Positions 46,183-54,605 of a DNA stretch of 64,000 nt are shown here, in pieces; positions within the stretch are counted from its first letter, which is position 1, and each line of letters starts with the position of its first letter. The notes beneath the pieces were generated by a model. It did not search any database. It saw nothing but the letters and a program-made list of their open reading frames with translations, and was not told the origin of the DNA. This DNA comes from Parcubacteria group bacterium. GTDB lineage: Bacteria; Patescibacteriota; Patescibacteriia; Patescibacteriales; GWC2-42-12. Position numbers and translations under genes: made by a program. The stretch covers positions 3,306-67,305 of the forward strand of contig JACPHD010000020.1 in NCBI GenBank assembly GCA_016188785.1. Reading direction: 5' to 3'.

Positions 46183-47340
46183 ATGAAAGATCAGGAATCT
46201 AGAAAAGTTTTAAAGATTTTCGGCTGGGCTTCGTTTTTAAACGATTTTGGCTCGGACATAATTTTTCCTTTGTGGCCGATATTTCTGACTTCAGTGTTAG
46301 GCGCCAATATGGCGGTTTTAGGTTTTATTGACGGCCTGGGTGACGCTATAGTTTCTATAGCTCAAGCTGTTGCCGGCTATCTGGCTGACAAAACCGGCAA
46401 AAGAAAAATTTTTGTCTGGCTGGGCTATGTTTTTGCCGGCCTGGCCCGCCTGGGTTACGCGCTAGCGCCGGCTTGGCAATATCTTATTCCGTTTCGCGTC
46501 TTAGATCGGGCCGGGAAAATGCGCGGCGCGCCCCGGGACGCTATTATCGCGGATATTTCTACCGCTGAAAATCGGGGCCGGAATTTCGGCTATTTAAGAA
46601 TGATGGATAATTTAGGCGCGGTTGGCGGCGTGATTTTTACTATTTTATTTTTTAAGTATTTAGGTTATCGCCATATTTTTCTGTTGGCCGCTCTGCCATC
46701 GTTGGCTGGCGCGCTTCTTGTTTGGCGCTCGATAAATGAGAATTTAGCCGTTGACAAAAAGATTTTTAAAGGCATCAGGTTTAGTGATTTTCACCGTGAT
46801 ATGAAATTATATTTGCTACTTAGCGCGGTTTTCGCCTTAGCTTCTTTTAGCTATTCGTTTTTACTTATTTTTGCCGAGCAAGCCGGCTTCGCGGTTGTTG
46901 TCATACCGGTTTTGTATTTAGCCTATAACATCGTGGCCTCGCTGGTCTCTTTGCCGTTCGGCAAATTAGCCGATAAAATAAATCGCCGAACCGTGCTTCT
47001 CTTATCGTTTTTCTTTTGGCTATTGGTTTGCGCGGTTTTTATTTATTTTCATAATCCGGTAGCTATGGTTATAGCTTTTTTACTATACGGACTGCATTTA
47101 GGCGCGATTGAGCCGGTGCAGAAAGCGCTAGTGTCTGAACTGTCAGTATCTGAATTTAGAGCCAGCACTTTAGGCAGTTTTCAGATGGTGGTAGGATTAG
47201 CGGCCTTGCCCGCTTCTTTAATTGCCGGTCTGCTCTGGGATAAAGTTAATTTAGCCGCGCCCTTTTATTTTTCCGCGGCCTTAACTATAATAGCTATAAT
47301 AATGCTCTTATTCGTTAAAGAAAAAAGAGTTGCTGTTTAA
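46183..47340 (+). CDS. MFS transporter
   Basis: About 12 TM helices; GYLADKTGKRK and GKLADKINRR motif A. Confidence 0.92.
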   Translation: MKDQESRKVLKIFGWASFLNDFGSDIIFPLWPIFLTSVLGANMAVLGFIDGLGDAIVSIAQAVAGYLADKTGKRKIFVWLGYVFAGLARLGYALAPAWQYLIPFRVLDRAGKMRGAPRDAIIADISTAENRGRNFGYLRMMDNLGAVGGVIFTILFFKYLGYRHIFLLAALPSLAGALLVWRSINENLAVDKKIFKGIRFSDFHRDMKLYLLLSAVFALASFSYSFLLIFAEQAGFAVVVIPVLYLAYNIVASLVSLPFGKLADKINRRTVLLLSFFFWLLVCAVFIYFHNPVAMVIAFLLYGLHLGAIEPVQKALVSELSVSEFRASTLGSFQMVVGLAALPASLIAGLLWDKVNLAAPFYFSAALTIIAIIMLLFVKEKRVAV

Positions 47341-47351
47341 GTAGTTTATAA

Positions 47352-47567
47352 GCCACCCTAGCTCAGTTGGTAGAGCAACGGTTTTGCCCGCCCGCCTCGC
47401 AAGCGAAGCGTTGCGGGCAGGCCCGCCCGCCTTGACATGCCGAAGTAGCTCAATGGTAGAGCAACGGTTTTGTAAACCGTAGGTTACCGGTTCAAATCCG
47501 GTCTTCGGCTCAAGGCATGTCGGGCGCGGTAAACCGTAGGTCGTCGGTCCGAATCCGACGGGTGGCT
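47352..47567 (+). tRNA. Outer tRNA-Thr(UGU), split in the anticodon by a 143-nt insert (47387-47529); possibly a pseudogene
   Basis: Halves 47352-47386 and 47530-47567 join into a full cloverleaf (GCCACCC/GGGTGGC, ACGGT/ACCGT, GTCGG/CCGAC). T-loop is the variant TCCGAAT. Confidence 0.85.
47439..47510 (+). tRNA. Inner intact tRNA-Thr(UGU)
   Basis: GCCGAAG/CTTCGGC acceptor stem, loop TTTGTAA, ACCGG-TTCAAAT-CCGGT; CCA not encoded. Confidence 0.95.
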
Positions 47568-47577
47568 CTTTTTTAAT

Positions 47578-48948
47578 ATGATGAAGACTTACAAAATTTA
47601 TACTTTAGGCTGTAAGGTCAATCAATATGATTCAGGCAAGCTGTCCGCCCAGCTTCAGGCAGCCGGATTAGTTATGGCGGGTAAGCAAGCTGATCTGGCC
47701 ATAATCAACAGCTGTGCCGTGACTAAAACCGCCATGATAAAAAGCGGACGGATGATTAGATCTGCTAAAAAGGAAAATCCAGGGGCGAAAATTGCGTTAA
47801 TTGGTTGCTGGGTTAGAGCTTCTGAAACTAAACTTGCGGGGGTAGATTTTGTAATCGGAGGCAAAGAAATTATTAAACAGATAAATAGAATTATGAATTA
47901 TGAATCAGGAATTAGGAATAAAATTCAAAATCCAAATAATAAAAATAATAAAATAATTATAAATAGTGATAAATCTCGTTATTTTATAAAAATTCAGGAT
48001 GGCTGTGAGCAGTTTTGCAGTTATTGCATTATTCCGTACGCCCGTGGCGGACTAAAAAGCCGGGGAGAGGCGGAAGTTATTGGCGAGGTTGAGCAGGCGG
48101 TAAAAGCCGGCTATGGCGAAATTGTTTTGTCCGGTATTCATTTGGGGCTATACGGAAAAGAAAGTCAACTGCTATATTCTGTCATTCCGGCCTCCGAGCC
48201 GCCCCGCAAAATGCGGGGTGGATTGCGGATCACCCGCCCGTACCGAACGGGTACGTTCGGGCGGGAGCCCGCAATGACAAATTATTATAATGGCGCTCGT
48301 GATGAAAACTTGGCCAGCCTTTTAAAAAAATTAGTTAAACTTAAAAATTTAGGCCGGATCAGGTTGAGTTCTATTGAAATTACCGAAGTAAGCGATGAAT
48401 TGATTGAACTAATAAAAAACAGCGGCAAAATCTGCCGCCAGCTGCATCTGCCGCTCCAGTCCGGTTCGGATAAAATTTTAAAACTAATGAACCGGCCTTA
48501 TGATATGAATTATTTTAAAAATAAAATTAAACAAATCAGGCGAGTTCTGCCGGATATGGCTATTACTACCGATGTCATCGTCGGTTTTCCCGGAGAAAGC
48601 GAAAAAGATTTTCGCGCTACGGAAAAATTTATCAGACAAATAAAATTCAGCCGTTTGCATGTTTTTCCCTTTTCCGCTCAGGAAAAAACGTCGGCCGCGA
48701 AAATGTCCGGACAAGTTAAGGAAAAAATAAAAAAGCGCCGCGCTGATTTATTGAGAAAGTTAAATTTGAAGTTGATGGCAGATTATAAAAATAAATTTAA
48801 AGGCCGAGACCTGAAAATCGCGGTCGAGCAGATCAAACAAAATAAAGTTATGGGCAAAACCGAGTATTATTTTGATGTTTCAGCCGATAAGAAAAGTTTG
48901 AAAAATAAAAATATTAGAGTAGGGCAGATTATCAAGATAAAAATTTGA
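47578..48948 (+). CDS. mtaB: tRNA t6A methylthiotransferase, with in-frame repeat insertions
   Basis: LGCKVNQY, GCEQFCSYC, RLSSIE, HLPLQSG, HVFPFS; next to tRNA-Lys/Thr. Confidence 0.9.
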   Translation: MMKTYKIYTLGCKVNQYDSGKLSAQLQAAGLVMAGKQADLAIINSCAVTKTAMIKSGRMIRSAKKENPGAKIALIGCWVRASETKLAGVDFVIGGKEIIKQINRIMNYESGIRNKIQNPNNKNNKIIINSDKSRYFIKIQDGCEQFCSYCIIPYARGGLKSRGEAEVIGEVEQAVKAGYGEIVLSGIHLGLYGKESQLLYSVIPASEPPRKMRGGLRITRPYRTGTFGREPAMTNYYNGARDENLASLLKKLVKLKNLGRIRLSSIEITEVSDELIELIKNSGKICRQLHLPLQSGSDKILKLMNRPYDMNYFKNKIKQIRRVLPDMAITTDVIVGFPGESEKDFRATEKFIRQIKFSRLHVFPFSAQEKTSAAKMSGQVKEKIKKRRADLLRKLNLKLMADYKNKFKGRDLKIAVEQIKQNKVMGKTEYYFDVSADKKSLKNKNIRVGQIIKIKI

Positions 48949-48977
48949 CATAAAAAGGCTATTCTTATGAAAAGAAC

Positions 48978-49006
48978 CCCCGCTGCGGCAAAAACAGCGG
49001 GGTTTT
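48978..49006 (+). terminator. Intrinsic terminator
   Basis: CCCCGCTG/CAGCGGGG stem plus TTTT. Confidence 0.6.
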
Positions 49007-49064
49007 GCTGTTGACAGGAATAAAGTAAAGTGATAAGGTTTGGGATAAAATATTCAAGAAATCT

Positions 49065-49886
49065 ATGGAACTAAAAGAATTTATTTTATTACTGGCTAAA
49101 AATAAAGCAACCATGTTTTTTGTTGTTTTTATTTTCTTAATTTTAGCCTTAATTTTGACTGTCATACAACCTTTTAAATACGGGGCCAACTCGCGGGTTT
49201 TAGTAATTCAGAATTTTAGCAATCCGGATCCGTATCTGGCCGCAAAATCAACCGAATATTTAAGCAATGTTTTAGCTAAGGTAATTTATTCCAATTCATT
49301 TTTTGACAATGTTCTAAGCTCCGGTTATTTTATCAATAAAAATTATTTTGGCCAGACCGTAAAAGGCCAAATGAAAATTTGGCATAAAACCGTTAGCGCT
49401 AAAGCCGTGAACGATTCGGGCATAATTGCTATTAATGTTTATCACAAAGACCGCCCTCAGGCTGAGCTGATCAATCGTGCCGTGATCTACACTTTGCAAG
49501 CCAAGCATGGGCTTTATCATGGTGGCGGAAACAGCGCGGCCATAAAAGTTATTGACCAACCCATCACCAGCAATTATCCGGTTCAGCCGAATTTAATTTT
49601 AAATTTTGGTTTGGCTTTAGCCTTAGGCTTGGTTTTTGCTTTAACTTATATTTATTTATTTCCCGAAGAAAAATATAATATCAAGCTGGCGCCTAAATTC
49701 GCCGCGCGCGTTACCCGGGCCGGCTTATTGGAGAAATCGGCGCTGGCGCCGGCCACGCTCGAGCCGGACTATAAGTTAAGCGAAAATTTTAATAAAATAA
49801 ATGATAATGATTATGATGATCTGGACATTCATGAAGAAATAATTCAGCGCGGCAGTATGAAAAATATATTTGGTAAGCCGTTTTAA
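49065..49886 (+). CDS. Wzz/CapA-like polysaccharide chain-length determinant
   Basis: N- and C-terminal TM helices, 'KVIDQP...PVQP' before TM2. Confidence 0.75.
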   Translation: MELKEFILLLAKNKATMFFVVFIFLILALILTVIQPFKYGANSRVLVIQNFSNPDPYLAAKSTEYLSNVLAKVIYSNSFFDNVLSSGYFINKNYFGQTVKGQMKIWHKTVSAKAVNDSGIIAINVYHKDRPQAELINRAVIYTLQAKHGLYHGGGNSAAIKVIDQPITSNYPVQPNLILNFGLALALGLVFALTYIYLFPEEKYNIKLAPKFAARVTRAGLLEKSALAPATLEPDYKLSENFNKINDNDYDDLDIHEEIIQRGSMKNIFGKPF

Positions 49887-49890
49887 TTTT

Positions 49891-49964
49891 CTGGATTTCT
49901 GTCTGCGCAGGAATAATCGTCATTCCTGCGAAAGCAGGAATCCAGAAAGAATTTTTCTGGATTT
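49891..49964. repeat. Family B repeat cluster
   Basis: GTCATTCCTGCGAAAGCAGGAATCCAG plus degenerate partners; similar to 63360-63436. Confidence 0.8.
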
Positions 49965-50068
49965 CATGGGTGGCACCTTGACAACGGGCGGATGCCCTGC
50001 ATACCTCCGAATGGAGGAAATTTGACAATATCCTATACCTCTGAATAGAGGGGAAAGGAAGGAAGTAG

Positions 50069-50860
50069 ATGAAAAAGTTAGTTAGTGGCTTAACATCATT
50101 GTTCGTTTTTACGCTGGTTTTGGCATCTCTGGCGATTGCCGGGGATAAGGTAGTCTACACAGTTAAAAATGGCGACACGTTGGGTGAGCTGATGTACGTC
50201 TGGCGGGTGCAGGGCGTGGAGATTGAAAAACTTTACGGCTGGAACCCTGGCCTGGGTACGCAAATAAAAGTCGGACAGGAAATTGTTTATTATTTGCCTG
50301 ACCGCCCAGATCAACAAGACGTTAAAAAAATGTCCGAGCAAGAAGTTAAAAAAATCGTCGCGGAAACTATTGCCCGGATTGCAACGGTGAAAGCGGAGCC
50401 TGCCGTGGCCAAAACGTCGGTTTCAACGACCGCCATGATCGTTGGTTTTATTGTAATGGCTTTAATTCTGTCGGCGTTTATTTTGTCGTTAAAACGGCGA
50501 AGGAGGCGAAGTGAAATTTTAATCGCCGAAATGGCCGAAGCGGAAAAGGCCAGGGCCATCGCTGAAGCCGAGGCTAAAGTTAGAGCTGAAACCGCGCTTG
50601 AAATCAAATGGGTTGAGGCTGCTGATATGGGAGAAATAATCTACTTGGTGCGCGTGATAAAAAAGAGCGACGGTAGATGGCATGCGCCATTTACCTTTAG
50701 GGCACATGATGGGGTGAGTTTGCCTCTTTCTAGGGTAGATTTTAACAAGATTACGAAAGAGGTTAGAAAATGCATGAAAAATCCACTTTGCGCTGAGCAA
50801 TTTAAGCGCCTGCTGGACGCTGGTCAAGACGTTCGGCGCAAATGCGCAGATGTCAGTTAG
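50069..50860 (+). CDS. LysM-domain single-pass membrane protein
   Basis: Signal peptide, YTVKNGDTL...NP...IKVGQ, TM helix followed by KRRRRR. Confidence 0.8.
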   Translation: MKKLVSGLTSLFVFTLVLASLAIAGDKVVYTVKNGDTLGELMYVWRVQGVEIEKLYGWNPGLGTQIKVGQEIVYYLPDRPDQQDVKKMSEQEVKKIVAETIARIATVKAEPAVAKTSVSTTAMIVGFIVMALILSAFILSLKRRRRRSEILIAEMAEAEKARAIAEAEAKVRAETALEIKWVEAADMGEIIYLVRVIKKSDGRWHAPFTFRAHDGVSLPLSRVDFNKITKEVRKCMKNPLCAEQFKRLLDAGQDVRRKCADVS

Positions 50861-50931
50861 AGAAAATCAAGGAGGGGTTGGTTTTATAGCCGCCCCTTTT
50901 TTCACATTCAGAAAAAGAAAGGGAGGAAAAG

Positions 50932-51951
50932 ATGAAAAAGAATGCCTGGTTGCTCATAGCTTTGGCTGTGTTGATGGCGGGCTGCGGCCGGCGATATATG
51001 ATGACTCGGCCGGATATGCACTTGGCACCGGCGTTAGAGCAATTGCCGGATAAAATTACGGTGGTCACTTACGTCGTTAATCCGGAGTTGGATTTGGCTG
51101 AAGGCGGGGACGGGCGATTTGCCTGGCCCGCCGTATTATTCTGTGGAGATAAGGCTGATAATGAAACAAAATTGTTAGCCTTAAATCTCGCTAAATTCGG
51201 AGTTGACAAGCAGTTTTTGACTGTCATTCCGAAATCGCTAGCTGAATTAGCCGGTTGCCGTTTAGCTGTGTTTGACCACGGCGGCAAGCGAATATATAAC
51301 CATAAGGGTGAGGTACGTTTTCTGGACAGTATGTTCAGAAAAGTGGACCTAAAAAAATACCCAGATTTTTTGCCGGAACTGGGTCCGGACCCCAGCTTTA
51401 TTAAAGAGCTGGACACTAGTTCAGAAGAGTTTCAGGCCATTGTTAAACTTTACGCGGATTTTCGAATCAGCGAATTGGAAATAGCGCGTAAATATATATA
51501 TATAAAATTCGGTTCAAATTTTACCAGCGAACAGCTGGACCAGCTTGCCAAAGAAGATGCTATTGTCCGCGGCTTTGCTTATTGGCTAGGCCGTGATTGG
51601 AAATTTTTTGTAACGATTCCGTTCGTCGGCTTTGACAGTACGGCCTTAGCCGCGGGCGTGGCCAAAGTTCTTACCTTGCCAAGTATCTGGGGCGACGATC
51701 GGCTTGACCGGCCAGGGTATATGGAACATCGGCTGGACGCCGGTGATGCTGCCAAAATGATTTTGCGCGGGATCAATGAATATGGCAGGCCTACGGCAGC
51801 AACGTTCGTGCAACCGGAAGATATGCCTTTACCGGCAAAAGCCTCAATCAAAGGCACTGCTTGCGCGGCGGAAGAAATTTATACATATAGGGCGTACAAT
51901 AAGTGCGTCCAGGAGTATAATAGTAAAATAGCAACCGAAAATGAAAAATAA
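50932..51951 (+). CDS. Putative lipoprotein
   Basis: MKK + hydrophobic stretch + LMAG-C lipobox; SD GGAGG. Confidence 0.7.
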   Translation: MKKNAWLLIALAVLMAGCGRRYMMTRPDMHLAPALEQLPDKITVVTYVVNPELDLAEGGDGRFAWPAVLFCGDKADNETKLLALNLAKFGVDKQFLTVIPKSLAELAGCRLAVFDHGGKRIYNHKGEVRFLDSMFRKVDLKKYPDFLPELGPDPSFIKELDTSSEEFQAIVKLYADFRISELEIARKYIYIKFGSNFTSEQLDQLAKEDAIVRGFAYWLGRDWKFFVTIPFVGFDSTALAAGVAKVLTLPSIWGDDRLDRPGYMEHRLDAGDAAKMILRGINEYGRPTAATFVQPEDMPLPAKASIKGTACAAEEIYTYRAYNKCVQEYNSKIATENEK

Positions 51952-51954
51952 AAA

Positions 51955-52110
51955 CATCTGACTTTCAGCTAATTTTTTCCTGAAAAATTTTTCTTAAATT
52001 TTTATTCCAGGAAGCCAGGCATCTGCTAGGCTTAAAAAGATTTTCCATCTGGAAAATTCGTTCTTGACTAGTCATCTGGCAAGTTAAGAGCCGCCGTCAT
52101 CTGTCGGCGC
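51955..52110. repeat. Array of hairpins with C-ATCT-G loops; candidate ncRNA or structured leader
   Basis: Five CATCTG motifs, four at the apex of sequence-unrelated stems. Confidence 0.7.
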
Positions 52111-52185
52111 CAAAGGAATAAGAAGGCAAGGAAAATTTGTAGGGAAGAAAAAAGCGGTTAAGTCTGATTGAAAAGGAGCGGGCAG

Positions 52186-53844
52186 ATGAAGCGTATAATG
52201 CAGATAATGTTTATACTATCTGTGTTAGTGTTAGCCGCGGCATCTGCCAACGCCGCGGTCTACACAGTTAAAAAAGGGGATACTTTGTCCAAAATTGGCC
52301 AGATGTATAGTCTGACTTGGCAAGTGATTGCTAAGGCCAATGCGGATAAAGTAAAAAATCCCGACAAGATTTACGTCGGGCAGAAACTGGCTATTCCAGA
52401 AAGAGGCAAGAAGGCTGTGGCTACGGCCAAACCAAAAGTTTCTGTTATTAAGATAAAGAAACTGGGAGCTCATAAATTTGGTCCCAGGCGTGATCCGGTT
52501 AAGGCGATTAAAAAATTTGAGCTTCCGCAGGAAGTTAAAGATGCTTTAATCGCCGAGCTAAAAGCCGGAAGGTTTTCTTGGGCAACGTTAAAAAAAGGCG
52601 ATCGGCGAGAGCAGATGGCCTTTGGTAATTATAGAATTACTGGCGGCAAAGGGACTGTCCTGGAAATGGATTTTCCCGAAGGCCATAAAGAGGCTGTTCG
52701 CCGGTATTCGGTTGAGCATGAAGGCTGGATTTTCCATCTGGAAATTCCGCTTAAGTGCGACAATCCGACTTGGTGGAAGGAAAAGATACCTACTCCGCCA
52801 CCGCCTGCGCCCAAACCTGAACCAGCGCCAGAAATTGTGCCTGTTCCGCCGCCACCAGAACCGAAAAAGCCGAAACAGAAATTTCTACTGATGCGGATTC
52901 CGCCGCCGGTGCAAATTGTCGCGCCGCCGGCGTTAGAAATATTAGAAGCGCCGCCGGAAAAAGTTTTCGGGCCGGACGTTGATATCTCTGTTGGCTCTTT
53001 TGCCGATTGGCATAAGAGTGGCAACAACCCCAGAGGTATTTGGGGAGTGGGAAATTTTTATTCCCATAACATCAGCGACGGGGACAGGCTTCATTCCTTC
53101 GGGTTCGCGCTTGAGGGAAATTATTGGAATGGCGTAACCGGTGATGAGCCGCATGGCTTTCACTATCTTGGCAATCGTTACGCGATTGGCCCGGCCTACC
53201 GCCTGCTCACGGCTGATATGGAGTTTCAGGTTAGGGCGGGTCTGGGCGAGGTCAATGACTGGGGTCACGTCAAGACTGATCCGGCCGGAGAATTCAAATC
53301 CTCGCAAACCTCAACGATTATGACTGCCTACGCGGGGTTAGAGAAAAAACGGTCGGGTACGCCCTGGCTTAACCGAATTAGGTATTCGGGTCAAACCGAT
53401 ATTGATATTCATCGGTCGGATAAGTCTGATCGGTGGATTGACGGTAAGGGGAAAAGCTGGCCTTTAAACGGCAAGGCTAGCAGTAAAAATATGTATAGTT
53501 TGGGGGTTGATGCTTCTATCTATAAGCTGAATAACATTGTCAGCTTGGCCGGAGGAGCGTCTGCTACCCATTATCAAGAAGGTCAAAAAACCGGACTTCG
53601 CTTAGGTCCGGGATTGGATTTTTACGCCGCTAATATGCCAATCGGCGGCTTAAGATTCAATCTGACACATTGGTCAGATTCGGATCATTCAATCGGCCTT
53701 GGCGGTTTTCTTGATTTAAGTAATCTGATTAAACATTTGTTCCCGAATTTACTGCCAAAGCGAACTTTTGGCGGTGAAGAATGGAAACAGGAAGAAATAG
53801 ATCAGGAAAGCCAGGAAAAAATTATTCAAGATTTATTAAGATGA
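52186..53844 (+). CDS. Secreted LysM protein with Pro-rich linker and beta-rich C-terminal domain
   Basis: Signal peptide ANA-A, YTVKKGDTLSKI...NPDKIYVGQKLAIP, PPPPAPKPEP, alternating amphipathic strands. Confidence 0.8.
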   Translation: MKRIMQIMFILSVLVLAAASANAAVYTVKKGDTLSKIGQMYSLTWQVIAKANADKVKNPDKIYVGQKLAIPERGKKAVATAKPKVSVIKIKKLGAHKFGPRRDPVKAIKKFELPQEVKDALIAELKAGRFSWATLKKGDRREQMAFGNYRITGGKGTVLEMDFPEGHKEAVRRYSVEHEGWIFHLEIPLKCDNPTWWKEKIPTPPPPAPKPEPAPEIVPVPPPPEPKKPKQKFLLMRIPPPVQIVAPPALEILEAPPEKVFGPDVDISVGSFADWHKSGNNPRGIWGVGNFYSHNISDGDRLHSFGFALEGNYWNGVTGDEPHGFHYLGNRYAIGPAYRLLTADMEFQVRAGLGEVNDWGHVKTDPAGEFKSSQTSTIMTAYAGLEKKRSGTPWLNRIRYSGQTDIDIHRSDKSDRWIDGKGKSWPLNGKASSKNMYSLGVDASIYKLNNIVSLAGGASATHYQEGQKTGLRLGPGLDFYAANMPIGGLRFNLTHWSDSDHSIGLGGFLDLSNLIKHLFPNLLPKRTFGGEEWKQEEIDQESQEKIIQDLLR

Positions 53845-53929
53845 AAGGAGGTTAAATTAGGAATTAGGAATTAGGAATTAGGAAGTAGGAATAAATAAAA
53901 ACAAAAAAAATAAATAAGGGAGAAAAGTC

Positions 53930-54568
53930 GTGAAAAAGCTGTTTATGGCGGTTTTGATCGCGCTGGCGGCAATGTTTTGCCAGTCGGCGCAAGCGGCCGA
54001 AGAGTGGGTTCCTAATATGGATGCGCCTGTAGTTGGCGATGTGCCTACTGACGTGACCAATTTGGGCGGTTCGGCCATTGATATCAAGCCGGTTGAAGGG
54101 GGCAATCGGTTTGAGATAACTTTTTATGGCGTTAAAGTGACGCCAAGGGGCGGTCCGGCTCTGTATGATGCTGAGATCGTCCGGATCGCCTCTGGTATTT
54201 TGGACGCGGCCAAAGCGTCCGGCAACAAGAAGGTGGCGAGCGAGTATGTCGCCGATGTGGTACCATCGGCGAATGGGGTTGTGAATTTTACAACCCTCAA
54301 CTATGCCATGGCCACTAGTGTTCCGGTAGTAGAGCACCTCTGGGGCATCGGCAAGACCAAGGGGGATAACCAGGTAAAATACCTGGTTTTGAATCCTGAT
54401 TCGCCCTGGGTCTGTTATGAAACATTGGGCAACGGCAAGCCCAATTTGGAAACTTTGGCCATCGGCATACTGATGTGCCCTGATGGCCAGGCAGTGCCCC
54501 TGAAATCCCTGGGTAAGGGAAAAATAAAACAGGGAAAACATCCAGAGCTGGCCGACGCCTGCAAGTGA
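53930..54568 (+). CDS. Secreted hypothetical protein
   Basis: Signal peptide AQA-A; SD GGGAG; followed by a terminator. Confidence 0.7.
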   Translation: MKKLFMAVLIALAAMFCQSAQAAEEWVPNMDAPVVGDVPTDVTNLGGSAIDIKPVEGGNRFEITFYGVKVTPRGGPALYDAEIVRIASGILDAAKASGNKKVASEYVADVVPSANGVVNFTTLNYAMATSVPVVEHLWGIGKTKGDNQVKYLVLNPDSPWVCYETLGNGKPNLETLAIGILMCPDGQAVPLKSLGKGKIKQGKHPELADACK

Positions 54569-54605
54569 TCGCCGGCGTCTGCTGAAAAAGCAAAAAAGAT
54601 CACCC

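Noticed and set aside
47387..47529. Group I intron in tRNA-Thr
   Set aside because: The boundaries can be drawn as U|...G|, but only about 70 nt remain outside the inner tRNA, too short for a group I core, and that remainder matches dispersed family C repeats.
51955..52110. CRISPR array
   Set aside because: Only a 6-nt motif repeats, spacing is irregular and no cas genes are present.
50069..54568. Prophage remnant
   Set aside because: No integrase, terminase or structural genes; all four proteins have export signals.
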